NCBI GenBank assembly: GCA_977020255.1
Contig: CDROCS010004985.1
Location: 1 to 44,238, forward strand
Source of the DNA: Obrimoposthia wandeli
Lineage: Eukaryota
DNA: 44,238 nucleotides
Direction: 5' to 3'
Part shown: positions 44,114 to 44,238 of the stretch, in pieces
How the letters are laid out: every line of letters begins with the position of its first letter
Numbering within the stretch: the first letter of the stretch is position 1
Translations under genes and position numbers: made by a program
The notes under the pieces: model-generated
What the model was told of the DNA's origin: nothing
The model's database searches: none
What the model saw: only the letters and a program-made list of their open reading frames with translations

Positions 44114-44238
44114 TAAATATTTTGAAAAATAATTTTGTCTCGTATTTTGTTTTTGCTCCTCTAAATTATATAGATCTGACCGATGTTTTTCGTGCCTTTA
44201 GATCAAGAATGAAGCAAGCCCCTAAGGGGCGGGCGGAG

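Larger units (their letters stand above)
28974..44238. mobile_element. Endogenous Polinton/Maverick (adintovirus-like) element, >15.2 kb, right end outside window
   Basis: pPolB, adenain-like protease, MCP, penton, rve integrase and A32-like ATPase are all present in one compact locus. Left end begins AGTAGTA, as known for Polinton termini. Confidence 0.95.

Noticed and set aside
44161-44238. Right TIR within the window
   Set aside because: The reverse complement shows only short patchy similarity to 29200-29350; not enough to call.

Overview
AT-rich eukaryotic (invertebrate, probably arthropod; inferred) genomic window in two parts. 1-28973 is host DNA, mostly non-coding: one probable unidentified coding exon (~1099-1485), several decayed DNA-transposon relics (Tc1/mariner, hAT-like end), a non-LTR retrotransposon RNase H/CCHC relic, a tRNA-derived SINE head, two degenerate 28S-rRNA-like fragments and two local duplications. 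From 28974 to beyond the right edge lies a >15.2 kb endogenous Polinton/Maverick (adintovirus-like) element: AGTAGT-type left end, protein-primed PolB, adenoviral-type protease, major and minor capsid proteins, retroviral-type integrase with chromodomain, packaging ATPase and small core proteins. Integrase, penton, ATPase and three small genes carry lesions; PolB, protease and MCP frames are open. The unusual content only appears once short spliceosomal introns (38-77 nt) are recognised. It includes a full two-repeat TATA-binding-protein (TBP)-like gene, a second single-repeat TBP-like paralog with the same intron position at the other end of the element, and a spliced PolB carrying an N-terminal RING-like/acidic-Trp-repeat leader separated by a protease-type QLGG site. 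Also present are a Maelstrom-like nuclease-fold gene, a ~55-bp repeat array upstream of PolB, and a 19-bp motif shared by the two divergent promoters. All family assignments are from motif recognition by eye; no database searches were run.
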